This document shows positions 9,935 through 19,920 of a DNA stretch of 64,000 bases, piece after piece (the stretch's first letter is position 1; each line of letters begins with the position of its first letter). The translations under genes were made by a program, and so were the position numbers. This DNA comes from Tolypothrix carrinoi HA7290-LM1 (GTDB lineage: Bacteria > Cyanobacteriota > Cyanobacteriia > Cyanobacteriales > Nostocaceae). The notes under the pieces were generated by a model that was given only the letters and a program-made list of their open reading frames with translations, ran no database searches and was not told where the DNA came from. The stretch is from the NCBI GenBank assembly GCA_019358935.1, contig JAHHIK010000002.1:105507-169506 (forward strand). Direction: 5' to 3'.

Positions 9935-11959
9935 TTACCCATTCCCATTAAGATATGTGTACCGCCGCAAACTTTGTTCGTAAGTTTGTAGCAGTCGCTG
10001 AGATTCCGCTAGGGTGATGCGATTTTCTTCTAAAGCTTGTTCGCAACGCTGGCGGATTTTTTCTACCAGATCCTCGGAGTCGTACTGCACGTAGCTGACT
10101 ACTTCGCTCATGGTGTCACCTTTGACGACGTGTTCAATCTGATAACCTTTCGGGGTTAGTTGGATATGAACGGCGTTGGTGTCGCCAAATAAGTTATGCA
10201 AATTGCCCATGATTTCCTGGTAAGCTCCATTCAGGAACATCCCTAAATAGTAAGGTTCTCCTGGTTTGAAGGTGTGCAGTTCTAAAACTGACTTGACATC
10301 GCGCAGGTCAATAAAACGGTCTATTTTGCCGTCACTGTCGCAGGTTAGATCCGCCAAAATCCCTCGCCGCGTCGGTTCTTCTCCCAAGCGGTGTATCGGC
10401 ATGATCGGGAATAGTTGGTCGATCGCCCAACAATCTGGTGCTGATTGAAACACTGAAAGATTGATGTAGTAGATGGAAGCCATGATTTTCTCTAGGTCTT
10501 CCAACTCGTCGGGTACGTATTCCTGCTGTCTTGTGATGTCAAGAATTTTATGACAACAAGCCCAGTAGAGCCGCTCTGCCTTGGCTCGTTCTCTCAAGCG
10601 CAAAATTCCCAAGTTGAAGCGGCTGATGGCTTCTTCTTTGAATTGAGCGGCGTCGTGGTAGAACTCTTGAAAATTCTCTTTGTTGATGCCTTGGTAAGTT
10701 TCCCAAAGGTAATTAATAACCGGGGATTCTCCCTCTTGTGGGGGTTCTGGTGGGTCGAGGGGAATCTCGCTGGTACTGAGAACGTCAAAAATCAGTACCG
10801 ATTGATGGGAAGCGATCGCTCGTCCACTTTCGCTAATCAGTGTTGGTACGGTTATTTCCCGTTCGGCACAGGTATCTTTTAACTCTGCCACGATGTCATT
10901 GGCATAGTTTTGCATGTTGTAATTTTTCGAGGCATAGAAGTTGGTTTGCGAGCCGTCGTAATCTACACCCAAGCCACCGCCGACATCAAGATATTTCATA
11001 TCAGCTCCCAGCATCGCCAATTCTACGTAGATGCGGCTGGCTTCTTGAATGGCATCTTTAATTACATTAATGGCGGAGATTTGCGAACCGATGTGGAAGT
11101 GCAACAACTGCAAAGAATCGAGCAAATCAGCTTCGCGTAACTTGTCAACTGCATCGATAATTTCCGGCATTGTCAAACCAAATTTAGCGCGATCGCCGCT
11201 AGATGTTCCCCAGCGTCCCATGCCTTGGGTACTGAGTTTAGCGCGAACCCCCAAAATTGGTTTAATCCCCAACTGGCGATTGGCATCAATTACCAAATCG
11301 ACCTCTTCAATCTGTTCTAAGACGATTATCGGTGTCTGCCCTAGTCTTTGGGCTAACATCGCGGTTTCGATGTATTCCCGGTCTTTGTAGCCATTGCAAG
11401 TTAACAATGCTCCCGGTGTATCCAGCATAGCTAAAGCAATCATTAACTCTGGCTTGGAACCGGCTTCTAAGCCAAATTGATGCGGTTTGCCAAATTTTAC
11501 CAAATCTTCAATTAAGTGCCGCTGCTGGTTGCACTTGACGGGAAACACGCCACGATAAATGCCAGGGTAGTTGTAACGGGCGATCGCTTTAGCGAAACAT
11601 GCATTTAATCGCTCAATCCGGTCTGACAGAATATCGGAAAATCGAATTAACAAAGGTAATCCTAAATTACGCTGCTTTAGGGCATTGACTAATTCAAATA
11701 AATCTAGAGAACCTCCGCGATCGCCTTTGGGAGAAACCGTGATATGACCAGCCGCGCTAATCGAAAAATAAGGCTGTCCCCAACCTTCGATGCGGTAAAG
11801 GGCTTCGCTATCCTCAATTTTCCAGTTTCCGCGAGGCGCCTCGCTTGTGGTACTTGGTGGTAGCAGCTTTTTTTGTTTTTGATTCTTCACTTCAGCTTTA
11901 TGTCCATTAGCCGGAGGTTGCACCACCTCTTCCGATGCACCAACAGAATAAACACGCAT
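9935..11959 (-). CDS. speA: Biosynthetic arginine decarboxylase
   Basis: GVFPVKCNQ (PLP lysine), GLEAGSKPEL, LHFHIGSQI, DVGGGLGVDYDGS and DLTCDSDGKID. Start uncertain (11959 or 11989). Confidence 0.95.
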   Translation of the reverse strand: MRVYSVGASEEVVQPPANGHKAEVKNQKQKKLLPPSTTSEAPRGNWKIEDSEALYRIEGWGQPYFSISAAGHITVSPKGDRGGSLDLFELVNALKQRNLGLPLLIRFSDILSDRIERLNACFAKAIARYNYPGIYRGVFPVKCNQQRHLIEDLVKFGKPHQFGLEAGSKPELMIALAMLDTPGALLTCNGYKDREYIETAMLAQRLGQTPIIVLEQIEEVDLVIDANRQLGIKPILGVRAKLSTQGMGRWGTSSGDRAKFGLTMPEIIDAVDKLREADLLDSLQLLHFHIGSQISAINVIKDAIQEASRIYVELAMLGADMKYLDVGGGLGVDYDGSQTNFYASKNYNMQNYANDIVAELKDTCAEREITVPTLISESGRAIASHQSVLIFDVLSTSEIPLDPPEPPQEGESPVINYLWETYQGINKENFQEFYHDAAQFKEEAISRFNLGILRLRERAKAERLYWACCHKILDITRQQEYVPDELEDLEKIMASIYYINLSVFQSAPDCWAIDQLFPIMPIHRLGEEPTRRGILADLTCDSDGKIDRFIDLRDVKSVLELHTFKPGEPYYLGMFLNGAYQEIMGNLHNLFGDTNAVHIQLTPKGYQIEHVVKGDTMSEVVSYVQYDSEDLVEKIRQRCEQALEENRITLAESQRLLQTYEQSLRRYTYLNGNG

Positions 11960-12255
11960 TTCTTCCTGACCTCTGTGTGTCACCCACAAGTAATCAATTT
12001 AACGCATTAAGAAAGCAACGCATATGCACCCAGAGATGATTTCTAAGATAAACTCTGATTGGTCATTGGTCATTGGGCATGGGGCATGGGGGAGGCAGTG
12101 CGTTGGACGGGTCTCCCGGCAGACGCGCACCTGCCGTCATGGGGCATTGGTCAAGATTAAAAAACCTTGAACTATGGACTTTAGACCATGAACTATGGAC
12201 TATGGACTTTAGACTATGGACTACTAACAAATTCGTTAAGTTTGAGGAGATGACA

Positions 12256-12705
12256 ATGGAACGCACATTTTTAGCAATTAAGCCTGATGGGGTACAGCGC
12301 GGACTGGTGGGTGAGATTATCCGTCGCTTTGAAACGAAAGGCTTTACTCTGGTTGGCTTGAAGTTTCTCAAACCCAGTCGGGAATTGGCTGAAGCGCACT
12401 ACGACGTTCACCGGGAAAGACCCTTTTTTGCTGGGTTGGTGGAGTTTATCACCTCTGGACCGGTGGTAGCGATGGTTTGGGAAGGTGATGGCGTAATCGC
12501 CTCTGCGAGAAAGATAATTGGCGCTACAAACCCACTGAATGCGGAACCAGGGACAATTCGGGGCGATTTAGGCGTAAATATTGGTCGCAACATCATACAC
12601 GGTTCCGATGCTCCGGAAACCGCCCAAAAGGAAGTTTCGCTGTGGTTTAAGGAAGATGAATTAGTCGGTTGGCAACCCGATATTATGCGTTGGTTGCACG
12701 AGTAA
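12256..12705 (+). CDS. ndk: Nucleoside diphosphate kinase
   Basis: [22 protein letters not shown]...NIIHGSD. GAGGAG RBS before ATG 12256. The longer ORF-track start runs through repeats. Confidence 0.97.
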   Translation: MERTFLAIKPDGVQRGLVGEIIRRFETKGFTLVGLKFLKPSRELAEAHYDVHRERPFFAGLVEFITSGPVVAMVWEGDGVIASARKIIGATNPLNAEPGTIRGDLGVNIGRNIIHGSDAPETAQKEVSLWFKEDELVGWQPDIMRWLHE

Positions 12706-12907
12706 TTTAGGGAATGGGGAATGGGTAATTGGGAATGGGTAATTGGGAATAGGTAATTGAGAATGGGTAATTGGGAAAATTCCTACTCCCTACTCCCCAA
12801 CGCCAGTCGCCTCAAGCCGGGAGACCCGTCCACGGCGCTGGCTCCTCCCCACTCCCTACTACGCCACTTGCTTCAAGCCGGGGAACCCGTCCAACGCAGT
12901 GGCTCCC

Positions 12908-13639
12908 CTACTCCCTACTCCCTTCCACTACTTCGCTCTTTTCGGGTTCTTTTGATAATTGTGGGGTAGTGCGCTTAGAAAAGCCCCAGGCAAAAACGAG
13001 GGCGATCGCACCAATCATCGCCCATTCTGGCGGAACAAAGCTATCGTTGACGACTTTCAGGAGCAAGCGCAAGCCTACCAAAGCTACAGTGATATAGCCT
13101 GCGTCTTCTAAATAGACATACTCATCCAACCACTTGATAAACAAACCCGCCATATATCGCAGGGTGATAATCCCAATAGTTGCCCCTGTGAGTACCAACC
13201 ACTTTTCTTGAGAAACTGCGATCGCTGTTGTCACACTATCCAAAGAAAATGCTAAATCCGTGAAAGCAATCACCGGGATCGCTTGCAATAGTGAGTTAAA
13301 GCGGGGACCGTGATGCTGGTTATCTTCGCCTTCTTCTGAGGTAAAATGTTGGAATACCAGCCATAGCAGGTAAGCAGCACCCAATACGTTAAATTGCCAA
13401 AATTGTTGCACCCAAGTTGCGGTGAGAATTAGGGTGATGCGTAGCACGTAGGCAACGACTAAGCCGACATTTAGTGCTTTACGTTCGAGTTCTTTGTCTT
13501 CGAGTCCTTGGGCGATCGCAGCGAGGGCGATCGCATTGTCAGCAGATAGTACAGCCTCTAGTAAAATCAGAACGAGTAAGACTAGAGGTGCTTCGACGCT
13601 GAAGTGAAAGTGAAGATAATCAAAAATTTGGTCTAACAT
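12908..13639 (-). CDS. TerC-family integral membrane protein
   Basis: LEAVLSADNAIALA and DLAFSLDSVTTAIAV, both TerC motifs. Confidence 0.9.
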   Translation of the reverse strand: MLDQIFDYLHFHFSVEAPLVLLVLILLEAVLSADNAIALAAIAQGLEDKELERKALNVGLVVAYVLRITLILTATWVQQFWQFNVLGAAYLLWLVFQHFTSEEGEDNQHHGPRFNSLLQAIPVIAFTDLAFSLDSVTTAIAVSQEKWLVLTGATIGIITLRYMAGLFIKWLDEYVYLEDAGYITVALVGLRLLLKVVNDSFVPPEWAMIGAIALVFAWGFSKRTTPQLSKEPEKSEVVEGSRE

Positions 13640-13974
13640 TCAGATTTTTTTTAAACCGCACCTTGAAAAAGTCAGTATAAGGGCAAGTGTAAATTGAAAA
13701 TAGGGATTAATTTCCCTCTTTAATACAGCTTAACAGGCAAGCGGGTGATTTCTGTTTATGCGCTATGCGCGATTTGACGGCACAAGCATACTGCCTTCGC
13801 GTAGCGTCTCCCCTTGGGAGAAGAAATAAATGCCCAGCCGTCAAACAAGCGATCCTCGACACCCACGAATAATTTCAACACACGGAACCGGGATTTATTT
13901 TTATGGATCACTCCAAGAAAAAATTTTTGCAAAGCTGAAGGTAACGCGATCGCCTGAATCTCTTGACAAAACAA

Positions 13975-14316
13975 TTAATTAATGCATAATACAATTGCTA
14001 AAGCTTTGTTGATATTCTGCATTTGCTCATCTGACAAAATTCCCAGTTGGCGAACTAATCTCTGCTGCGAGATTGAACGTACTTGAAATGTATCAGCAGC
14101 AGAAGTTTTACTTAAACTATTTTCAGCGTTGGGTTCTAATCGAACCATCCACGGAACTCCTGCAAAAGCGTCATTCCATGCAGTAATTGGTACAACAAGT
14201 TTTAGCCGTCAAGTACCAATTTCATCATTATTAACAATAATTGCGGGTCGGGTTTTGCTAATTTCGTCTCCGACAGTGGGGTCAGAATTAAAAAGCCAAA
14301 TTTGACCTCTACGCAT
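13975..14316 (-). pseudogene. PemK/MazF-family toxin with an in-frame premature TGA
   Basis: Manual translation: MRRGQIWLFNSDPTVGDEISKTRPAIIVNNDEIGT*RLKLVVPIT...ADTFQVRSISQQRL...; the stop is at 14209-14211. Confidence 0.85.
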
Positions 14317-14572
14317 AATCTTCATATTCATAGAAGTCTTGCGTATCGCGGTCAGCGAAAATTACTACCTCACTTCCTTCCTCGTAAAAAGAACGCATAA
14401 CTTCAGCAGCTTCACTTAAACTCAGTTGTTTTTGAAGAGTAACTTTTGATTTGGCAACGATTTCTTGACGAATTAACTTTGATGCTATTTCAATTATTTC
14501 CAAACGTTCTTCAGTGGTCATCTTTTTCAGCGCTTCTAAGACTTCTGCTTTGGTCATAGCTGTTAGAGTCAC
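14309..14572 (-). CDS. Putative antitoxin, overlapping the start of the MazF-like toxin
   Basis: 87 aa with an acidic C-terminus; 8-bp overlap with the toxin start. Confidence 0.65.
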   Translation of the reverse strand: MTLTAMTKAEVLEALKKMTTEERLEIIEIASKLIRQEIVAKSKVTLQKQLSLSEAAEVMRSFYEEGSEVVIFADRDTQDFYEYEDYA

Positions 14573-14730
14573 ATATATTCTTAAAATAGCCTTAAACTGA
14601 TGCTAACACGCCTTTTATGGTATCAATAATATTAAGCGATCGCGCGTCAGACAGGATCGCACAAAATCTCACACCCTAATTTACACGCGATCGCCTACTT
14701 AATTACTATGCGATCGCTTTGCTGCCTGCG

Positions 14731-14876
14731 ATTATGTCTTTGATTCAGCCTTCTGGCTGGAGCCAACTGGGTATAAAACCCCACCGTCTACACGGTGTCT
14801 TCAATCGGTTGGGGTTTGAATCCCCATCCGATTGCTCCTTCAGCATAGCTGCCTCCTGCCCTCTGCCTTTCTTCAA
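14731..14876 (+). mobile_element. Left-truncated copy of a ~200-bp non-autonomous element (other copies at 27585 and 48185)
   Basis: Near-identical to the right ~145 bp of the other two copies; ends sharply at TTCAA. Confidence 0.8.
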
Positions 14877-15027
14877 TGCGATAATTGAAACGCAACCACT
14901 CAACTAGCTGCGGATGATTGCTAGCTACTTTTTTGGAAACATTTGTTAGTAAATGATTAACAGCATTTACCTGTTTTTCTACCGACATTTCATTTAAACA
15001 GCGTAACAACCAATCGACTTGCTGCAC
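14877..15027 (-). pseudogene. Fragment of the gene downstream of zorB (possible ZorC/EH-signature remnant), cut by the repeat element
   Basis: 50 codons (VQQVDWLLRCLNEMSVEKQVNAVNHLL...WLRFNYRI) abut the zorB stop and then read into the element. The family assignment is inference from position. Confidence 0.45.
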
Positions 15028-15699
15028 TCACGGTTTTTTCTCTAAGAAAGTGGAATTGGGATGAGATTTTTTTGCTAATTCATCGCTACGAAATTGAAAG
15101 CGGAAAACTACCTTGCGATCGCCTGGGTTATCGCGAGTCTTATCAGCTTCTATTTCTCCACGACCAGCGGCTAATACTTTTTGGCTTAAAGGCGCTTTTG
15201 TGGTAAAATTAATGTCAGAAAAAATGAACTTGGCAACTGATGAAGACCGCAACAAGCTAAGTTGTAAGTTAGTTTGGTAGTCTCCTTCAGAACTGGTGTG
15301 ACCTTCGATAATTACGCGGCTAATTTCTTTCTCGAATTCGGGTTTTGAGAAAATCACTCCACTGTAAACGGGAATAAAGCTACGAAGAAAAGCTTTACCT
15401 TCGGGTTTCAGTTCGGTACTTCCCTGAGCAAAAAGAATTGATTCTTGGATACTTACATCCCCGGTTTCTGGGTTGACTTTGACGTTAATGTTGTTACTTT
15501 TCATTTCTCCAACAACATTGCCAATTACCACTCTTTTTGGTGCATCTTTCTCTGCTAGCTGAAGTAGTGCAGTAATAAAAAGTAGCATAAAAAACATCAG
15601 TAAACCTGACATCAAATCGCCAATAGATAAATAGATACTAGAATCATCATCCTCAGCAATTTCTGATTCAAAAAAATCGCCTTTTGTGAAATCATTCAT
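15028..15699 (-). CDS. zorB: ZorB/MotB-like protein (single TM with conserved Asp plus OmpA-like peptidoglycan-binding domain)
   Basis: YLSIGDLMSGLLMFFMLL TM, ILFAQGSTEL, VIIEGHTSS..NLQLSLLRS and DRKVVFRF. Overlaps the zorA stop. Confidence 0.75.
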   Translation of the reverse strand: MNDFTKGDFFESEIAEDDDSSIYLSIGDLMSGLLMFFMLLFITALLQLAEKDAPKRVVIGNVVGEMKSNNINVKVNPETGDVSIQESILFAQGSTELKPEGKAFLRSFIPVYSGVIFSKPEFEKEISRVIIEGHTSSEGDYQTNLQLSLLRSSSVAKFIFSDINFTTKAPLSQKVLAAGRGEIEADKTRDNPGDRKVVFRFQFRSDELAKKSHPNSTFLEKKP

Positions 15700-17620
15700 G
15701 ATGGTTATTCCCGTTACCTATGTCATTGTTGTTTTTTACAGCTATTAGGACATTAGCTGTATGTAGTAAACCTCCGCAAACCCCAGCCATAGCAGTATCG
15801 GCTTGTTTGAAGAAGCTTTCTTGTAAGTCAACAGTTCGCTTCATAGAACTTTCAAGGTGACTATGCCAAGCTTGAAGACTATGGTCAAACTTTGCATTCA
15901 AATTCCTGTATGAATTGTCCACAATCTGCACTTGCTGTCCAATACCAGTAGCAAGTTTTTCGAGTTGTATCAGTCGTTGTGCATCGTTTAACCCAGCCGC
16001 ACTAACTAAGTTATTTATTTGTTGGACAGTTCCTTGAATTTTATTCATACTTTGGTCTACTTCTTGAGTCAACTCACTGCGTCTTTTAGCTTCATCTTGA
16101 AAAACGGTATCCAAATTAGTCACTACCGCAGCTAAACCATCGCGTTGTTTGCCTAGTGTCCCTTCCAGTAAGTTATTTTGTTGTGTAAAGAATGCCTGTA
16201 GATTCGCTTGATATTGTTCTCGGAATTGTGTTAAATCCTCTTGCACCGTTTGACGAGTTGCTGTGAGTGTGTGGTCGATATTTCCTAATGTGGCAATAAG
16301 ATTCTCTTGACTACGATTCATCAGTTGACAAGCTTGATTACCGACTGTTTCCAGAGTGTTAGTCTGCTGCTCGAAGGCTGTATTTGCTTGTGCGAGAATG
16401 TGGATAATTCCAGTCCGAGTAGCTTGAAGCATTTGCTTTTCTACTTCTGCTCGTTTTTGCAACGCTGTTTCAAGTTCCTCTCTAATTCCTCGGAATGTAT
16501 CAGCCGCATTTTCTGCACTTGCTTCAAAAGCACTTTGTTGAACTGTCATTCCTTGAATACTTTGCTCGATAGCTCGATTAATATCGTGAGCGGTTTGTTC
16601 TAAAACACCTTTTGTATCTGTTTGAAATTGATTCAAAGTTTGTTTGAGATTGTTAGCGAAGTCTTGGAGGCTAACTAAAGTCTCTTTTTGAAAGTTTTGA
16701 ATTGTGACGATGGAACTTGCCAAATCTTTGTGGAGAATTAACACAGCTTCGGAAGCTTGCTGAGTTAATTCTGCACTTTTATCTAAGCGATCGCCTATCG
16801 GTTCAAATACCTCAATTCGCAAATTTTTAATAAGTTCTTCTAAAACTCTTTGTCCCTGGTTTTCTTGGAGTTCTCTGAGCTTTTGCTGCTCTTGTAATAT
16901 TCCTCGCAGTGCTGGTAAAATAACTGACTGCATCTGCTGTCCTACAGCTTCTCCAATAGCTTCAGCACTCAAGTTTATCCCTGTGAACTTGTCTGCTACA
17001 AGGTTAAGAACTTGTGCTACTTCATAGTTAGCGTTGTCTGCTGTTTGTATGGCGATCGCTTTCAACTTTTGTCTTAAATCATCACGTCGTTTCTGACGTA
17101 GCGAATCACATATAAACAAAATTATCGTGAACAAGCTACCAGAACCAAGTCCCATCAAGGAAGTAGAAAAAGCTGTTTTCATTCCCACCAATAATTCCTT
17201 ACTGGAATTCATTAGCTGCTGGGAACTTGTTGTATCTAAATTGATTCCTTGTAACCCCTGTTGAATACCATAAAAGGTTCCCAAAACACCAATTGCAGTA
17301 CACAAGGTAGTCACGAAACGCAGGGAACTACGAGGTATTGGACGCGCTAAAACAACTGGATACTTTATAAGTATGAATTTGCCATTTTGAATTTGTAGAT
17401 GTTCGTCTTTCCACTGATGAAGCTTTAAATTATCCTGTTTTTGACTTTTTTTCGGATTTTTCAAACTCTGAATTGCAGCTGCTGTTTCTCCGCATTCTGA
17501 ATACCAATACTGCCATAATGTATAAAGCTCAACAATAATTGCCACAAATAATACAATGGCAGTTGCCCAATGAAAAGGCTCGCTATCCCAAACTATGCCC
17601 CAAATTTGTGCTAAATTCAC
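15692..17620 (-). CDS. zorA: ZorA-like MotA/TolQ/ExbB channel protein with a long cytoplasmic helical tail
   Basis: TAIGVLGTFYGI...GMKTAFSTSLMG TM motifs followed by ~450 aa of Q/E/L/A-rich helical tail; paired with the MotB-like gene. Confidence 0.75.
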   Translation of the reverse strand: MNLAQIWGIVWDSEPFHWATAIVLFVAIIVELYTLWQYWYSECGETAAAIQSLKNPKKSQKQDNLKLHQWKDEHLQIQNGKFILIKYPVVLARPIPRSSLRFVTTLCTAIGVLGTFYGIQQGLQGINLDTTSSQQLMNSSKELLVGMKTAFSTSLMGLGSGSLFTIILFICDSLRQKRRDDLRQKLKAIAIQTADNANYEVAQVLNLVADKFTGINLSAEAIGEAVGQQMQSVILPALRGILQEQQKLRELQENQGQRVLEELIKNLRIEVFEPIGDRLDKSAELTQQASEAVLILHKDLASSIVTIQNFQKETLVSLQDFANNLKQTLNQFQTDTKGVLEQTAHDINRAIEQSIQGMTVQQSAFEASAENAADTFRGIREELETALQKRAEVEKQMLQATRTGIIHILAQANTAFEQQTNTLETVGNQACQLMNRSQENLIATLGNIDHTLTATRQTVQEDLTQFREQYQANLQAFFTQQNNLLEGTLGKQRDGLAAVVTNLDTVFQDEAKRRSELTQEVDQSMNKIQGTVQQINNLVSAAGLNDAQRLIQLEKLATGIGQQVQIVDNSYRNLNAKFDHSLQAWHSHLESSMKRTVDLQESFFKQADTAMAGVCGGLLHTANVLIAVKNNNDIGNGNNHHE

Positions 17621-17646
17621 GCAACACCCCTTGTGATTACTGTTAA

Positions 17647-17991
17647 TTATTTTTTGCTAAATTGCTTCAATTCTTTATCGGTGAGAACCTGATAAGCCAC
17701 CCGCACAGGAATATGTTCTGCATACAAACGGTTGCCTATAGGTTCTCGCAAATATAAGCTGTAAAGCGCTTCACCTTCTGCCTGTTTATCTTCAACTAAA
17801 TAAACTTGTGCTGGTGCATAGCTTCTTAACAACCGCACCTGCAAACACGTTTTCAAATCCCGCGAGGAAGTAGATAAAGGCGAATTTTCTCCAAAGAGTT
17901 CGCAAGCTACTTTCCAAGCGTGATTAATCGCTACAATCTCCTTAACCAACTGTTCGACAGAGGGATTTAACAGTTCTTTAGTTTCAGCCAT
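17647..17991 (-). CDS. Hypothetical protein, 26 bp upstream of zorA
   Basis: 114-aa ATG-started ORF with protein-like composition and operonic spacing. Confidence 0.7.
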   Translation of the reverse strand: MAETKELLNPSVEQLVKEIVAINHAWKVACELFGENSPLSTSSRDLKTCLQVRLLRSYAPAQVYLVEDKQAEGEALYSLYLREPIGNRLYAEHIPVRVAYQVLTDKELKQFSKK

Positions 17992-18242
17992 TAATGCTTT
18001 TGCCTTATTTGCTATGTTGCTTTCAACAAACTTATTTTTCCCACAAATAAGGCTGATCTAACTTTTGCGATCAAATAGCAATTTTTGACGCGGTGAGTGC
18101 GATCGCTTCTCAAGAAATACTCAAGTGTAAATAAATACTCCTAAACGTAGTAAGCGGCTCTATCCCTTAAAATCGAAGCAATGAGCGGTAAACCGCTCAC
18201 TAAGAACTAATACCAATTCTATGTGAGGTTGCGCTTTATTCA

Positions 18243-18272
18243 CGTAGGGGCAATTCATGAATTGCCCCTACG
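18243..18272. repeat. Perfect 30-bp GTAG-type REP-like palindrome
   Basis: CGTAGGGGCAATTCA|TGAATTGCCCCTACG. Confidence 0.8.
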
Positions 18273-18540
18273 GAGAAGAAATATAACTTATCTGTAGGGG
18301 AGCCAGTTGCATGGGCGGGTTTCCCGACTTGAGCAAACTGGCGTTGTGTTATGCAGTATAGCAACACACCTTGAATTCTTGACGGTGCGTTGCGCTGAAA
18401 GACAACACAACGGCAATAAAGCGCGGCGTTGCCTGCTCAGAGGATTCTGTCCGTCGAACCGCCTTGGGAGGAACATCCACACCGCTTTAAGCCGGACCCT
18501 ACATTTAAATTTCTAACGTTTAGAAGAGCGTAAAATTTAC

Positions 18541-18570
18541 TGTAGAGACGTTTCATGAAACGTCTCTACA
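18541..18570. repeat. Perfect 30-bp GTAG-type REP-like palindrome
   Basis: TGTAGAGACGTTTCA|TGAAACGTCTCTACA; a related copy lies inside cyaB1 at 58265. Confidence 0.8.
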
Positions 18571-18574
18571 TTAT

Positions 18575-19000
18575 TTATGCTAACTTTGACAACAGACTAT
18601 TTGCTAAATTCAATAATTCCATATTATCTATTTCACAAGCATCATAATTATTTTCGCTACCAGCTAAGATATTTATGACAGCATATAATCTGTCATTTTC
18701 TTCGCTAAGGCTAAGACATTCTTCTAAATTGACTGCAATATCAAACAAAGAACGTTCTCCTAATATCTGCCTCACCCTCACAGCTACATCATCATTACTT
18801 ACCAAAAATTCTTTAATCGTGTCTAAAGTTGATTCTTCTCCCCACCTTTCCAACCAATCTCCATGCACATCTTCAACATAAAGATGGACAAAATCAATTC
18901 CATAATTTAGCCAATCCTGCTGCATGTTTCGTGCCGTAGCTAAAGCTTCAGAAAATCTATCTACTTGTTGGTTGCTGTTAGTTTCTCGTTGGTTAGGCAT
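18575..19000 (-). CDS. Hypothetical acidic protein
   Basis: 141-aa AT-rich ORF, co-oriented 64 bp downstream of the 250-aa ORF. Confidence 0.65.
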   Translation of the reverse strand: MPNQRETNSNQQVDRFSEALATARNMQQDWLNYGIDFVHLYVEDVHGDWLERWGEESTLDTIKEFLVSNDDVAVRVRQILGERSLFDIAVNLEECLSLSEENDRLYAVINILAGSENNYDACEIDNMELLNLANSLLSKLA

Positions 19001-19064
19001 AAATTATGCTATAAGTTGATTATTATGTAGGTTTAAAAAAATTAATATTAAAACTTTGACATTA

Positions 19065-19817
19065 TTAAAAATATTTTAAATACTTTCCGCCAGAAAGATA
19101 AGCGCTGTTAAATAGCGCCACGTTAACTAATTGGTTGATAAAATTAGCTTCTGCCGGATTGTAACTAAAAAATAGTCCTCTTTCTATTTCCCACAAGACA
19201 AGTGTATTTTTCCAATATTGATACTTGTGCTGATTCAATTCTTCTGAGACGCTGGTAACTTGAATACAAAGTGGTTTCTGTTGACTGTTGCTGATAATTA
19301 AATCTGTTGCCATAGAAAGGTCGGCAATATAACGCTGCCAAAAACTTCCCTCTCGACGGACAATATCTTTAGCTATTAATTTAATAATATCATTATCGGC
19401 TCGATTAAACTCCCCCGCCATTAATTTTTGTCGCCAAATACCAAACTTGGGGTCTGTTTCATTTAGCCATTTCGGAAAAAGATACTGATACCAATATCTC
19501 TCAGTAGGTGTCATTTGCGCGAACTTTGCTTGTTGTTCTTCTTCAGTAGGTAAAGATTGAATCACTAACCAAACAGTAGAATCGGCAATCACTTCCAAGA
19601 GAAAAGCAAGGACAAATGGTTTCGCAGTCAGCGAACCAACTTTTATATCTTTTACCCAACGATTAATTTCATCTAATCTTCTCGCTAAATTGGGGTCTAG
19701 CGAGGAGGCTTGCTCAATGAGAAACTTTAGCTTCTCCTTAATCTCTTTTGCTTGCAAACGATGCCCTAATTTCAGTAACAAAAGCTCTATTATAAATTTA
19801 TACCGATTTGTTGCCAA
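19065..19817 (-). CDS. Hypothetical protein, possible PD-(D/E)XK-like C-terminal domain
   Basis: 250-aa ORF with a TTG start. ADLSMATDLIIS-x6-LCIQVTS resembles a restriction-endonuclease-like core (inference). Confidence 0.6.
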   Translation of the reverse strand: MATNRYKFIIELLLLKLGHRLQAKEIKEKLKFLIEQASSLDPNLARRLDEINRWVKDIKVGSLTAKPFVLAFLLEVIADSTVWLVIQSLPTEEEQQAKFAQMTPTERYWYQYLFPKWLNETDPKFGIWRQKLMAGEFNRADNDIIKLIAKDIVRREGSFWQRYIADLSMATDLIISNSQQKPLCIQVTSVSEELNQHKYQYWKNTLVLWEIERGLFFSYNPAEANFINQLVNVALFNSAYLSGGKYLKYF

Positions 19818-19920
19818 AAAGATTTCCGTTTAAAAAAAATATATTTTAATGTTCTTTATTGTGAGTTGCGCTTTATTTACCCTGCGCCGAGCGCACGCTA
19901 CGCGTTCAGGCACCGAAGCC

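Noticed and set aside
12073..12255. N-terminal extension of Ndk in the ORF track
   Set aside because: It translates STRR and dispersed repeats; the RBS and family start point to ATG 12256. The same applies to ndhD3 (31547) and sqdB (52747).
14719..14907. Short ORFs in the 200-bp element (also 27551-27793 and 48025-48327)
   Set aside because: These are translations of the non-coding repeat, with no transposase motifs.
15028..17620. Flagellar stator motA/motB
   Set aside because: Cyanobacteria lack flagella, and the long tail on the MotA-like protein fits ZorA.
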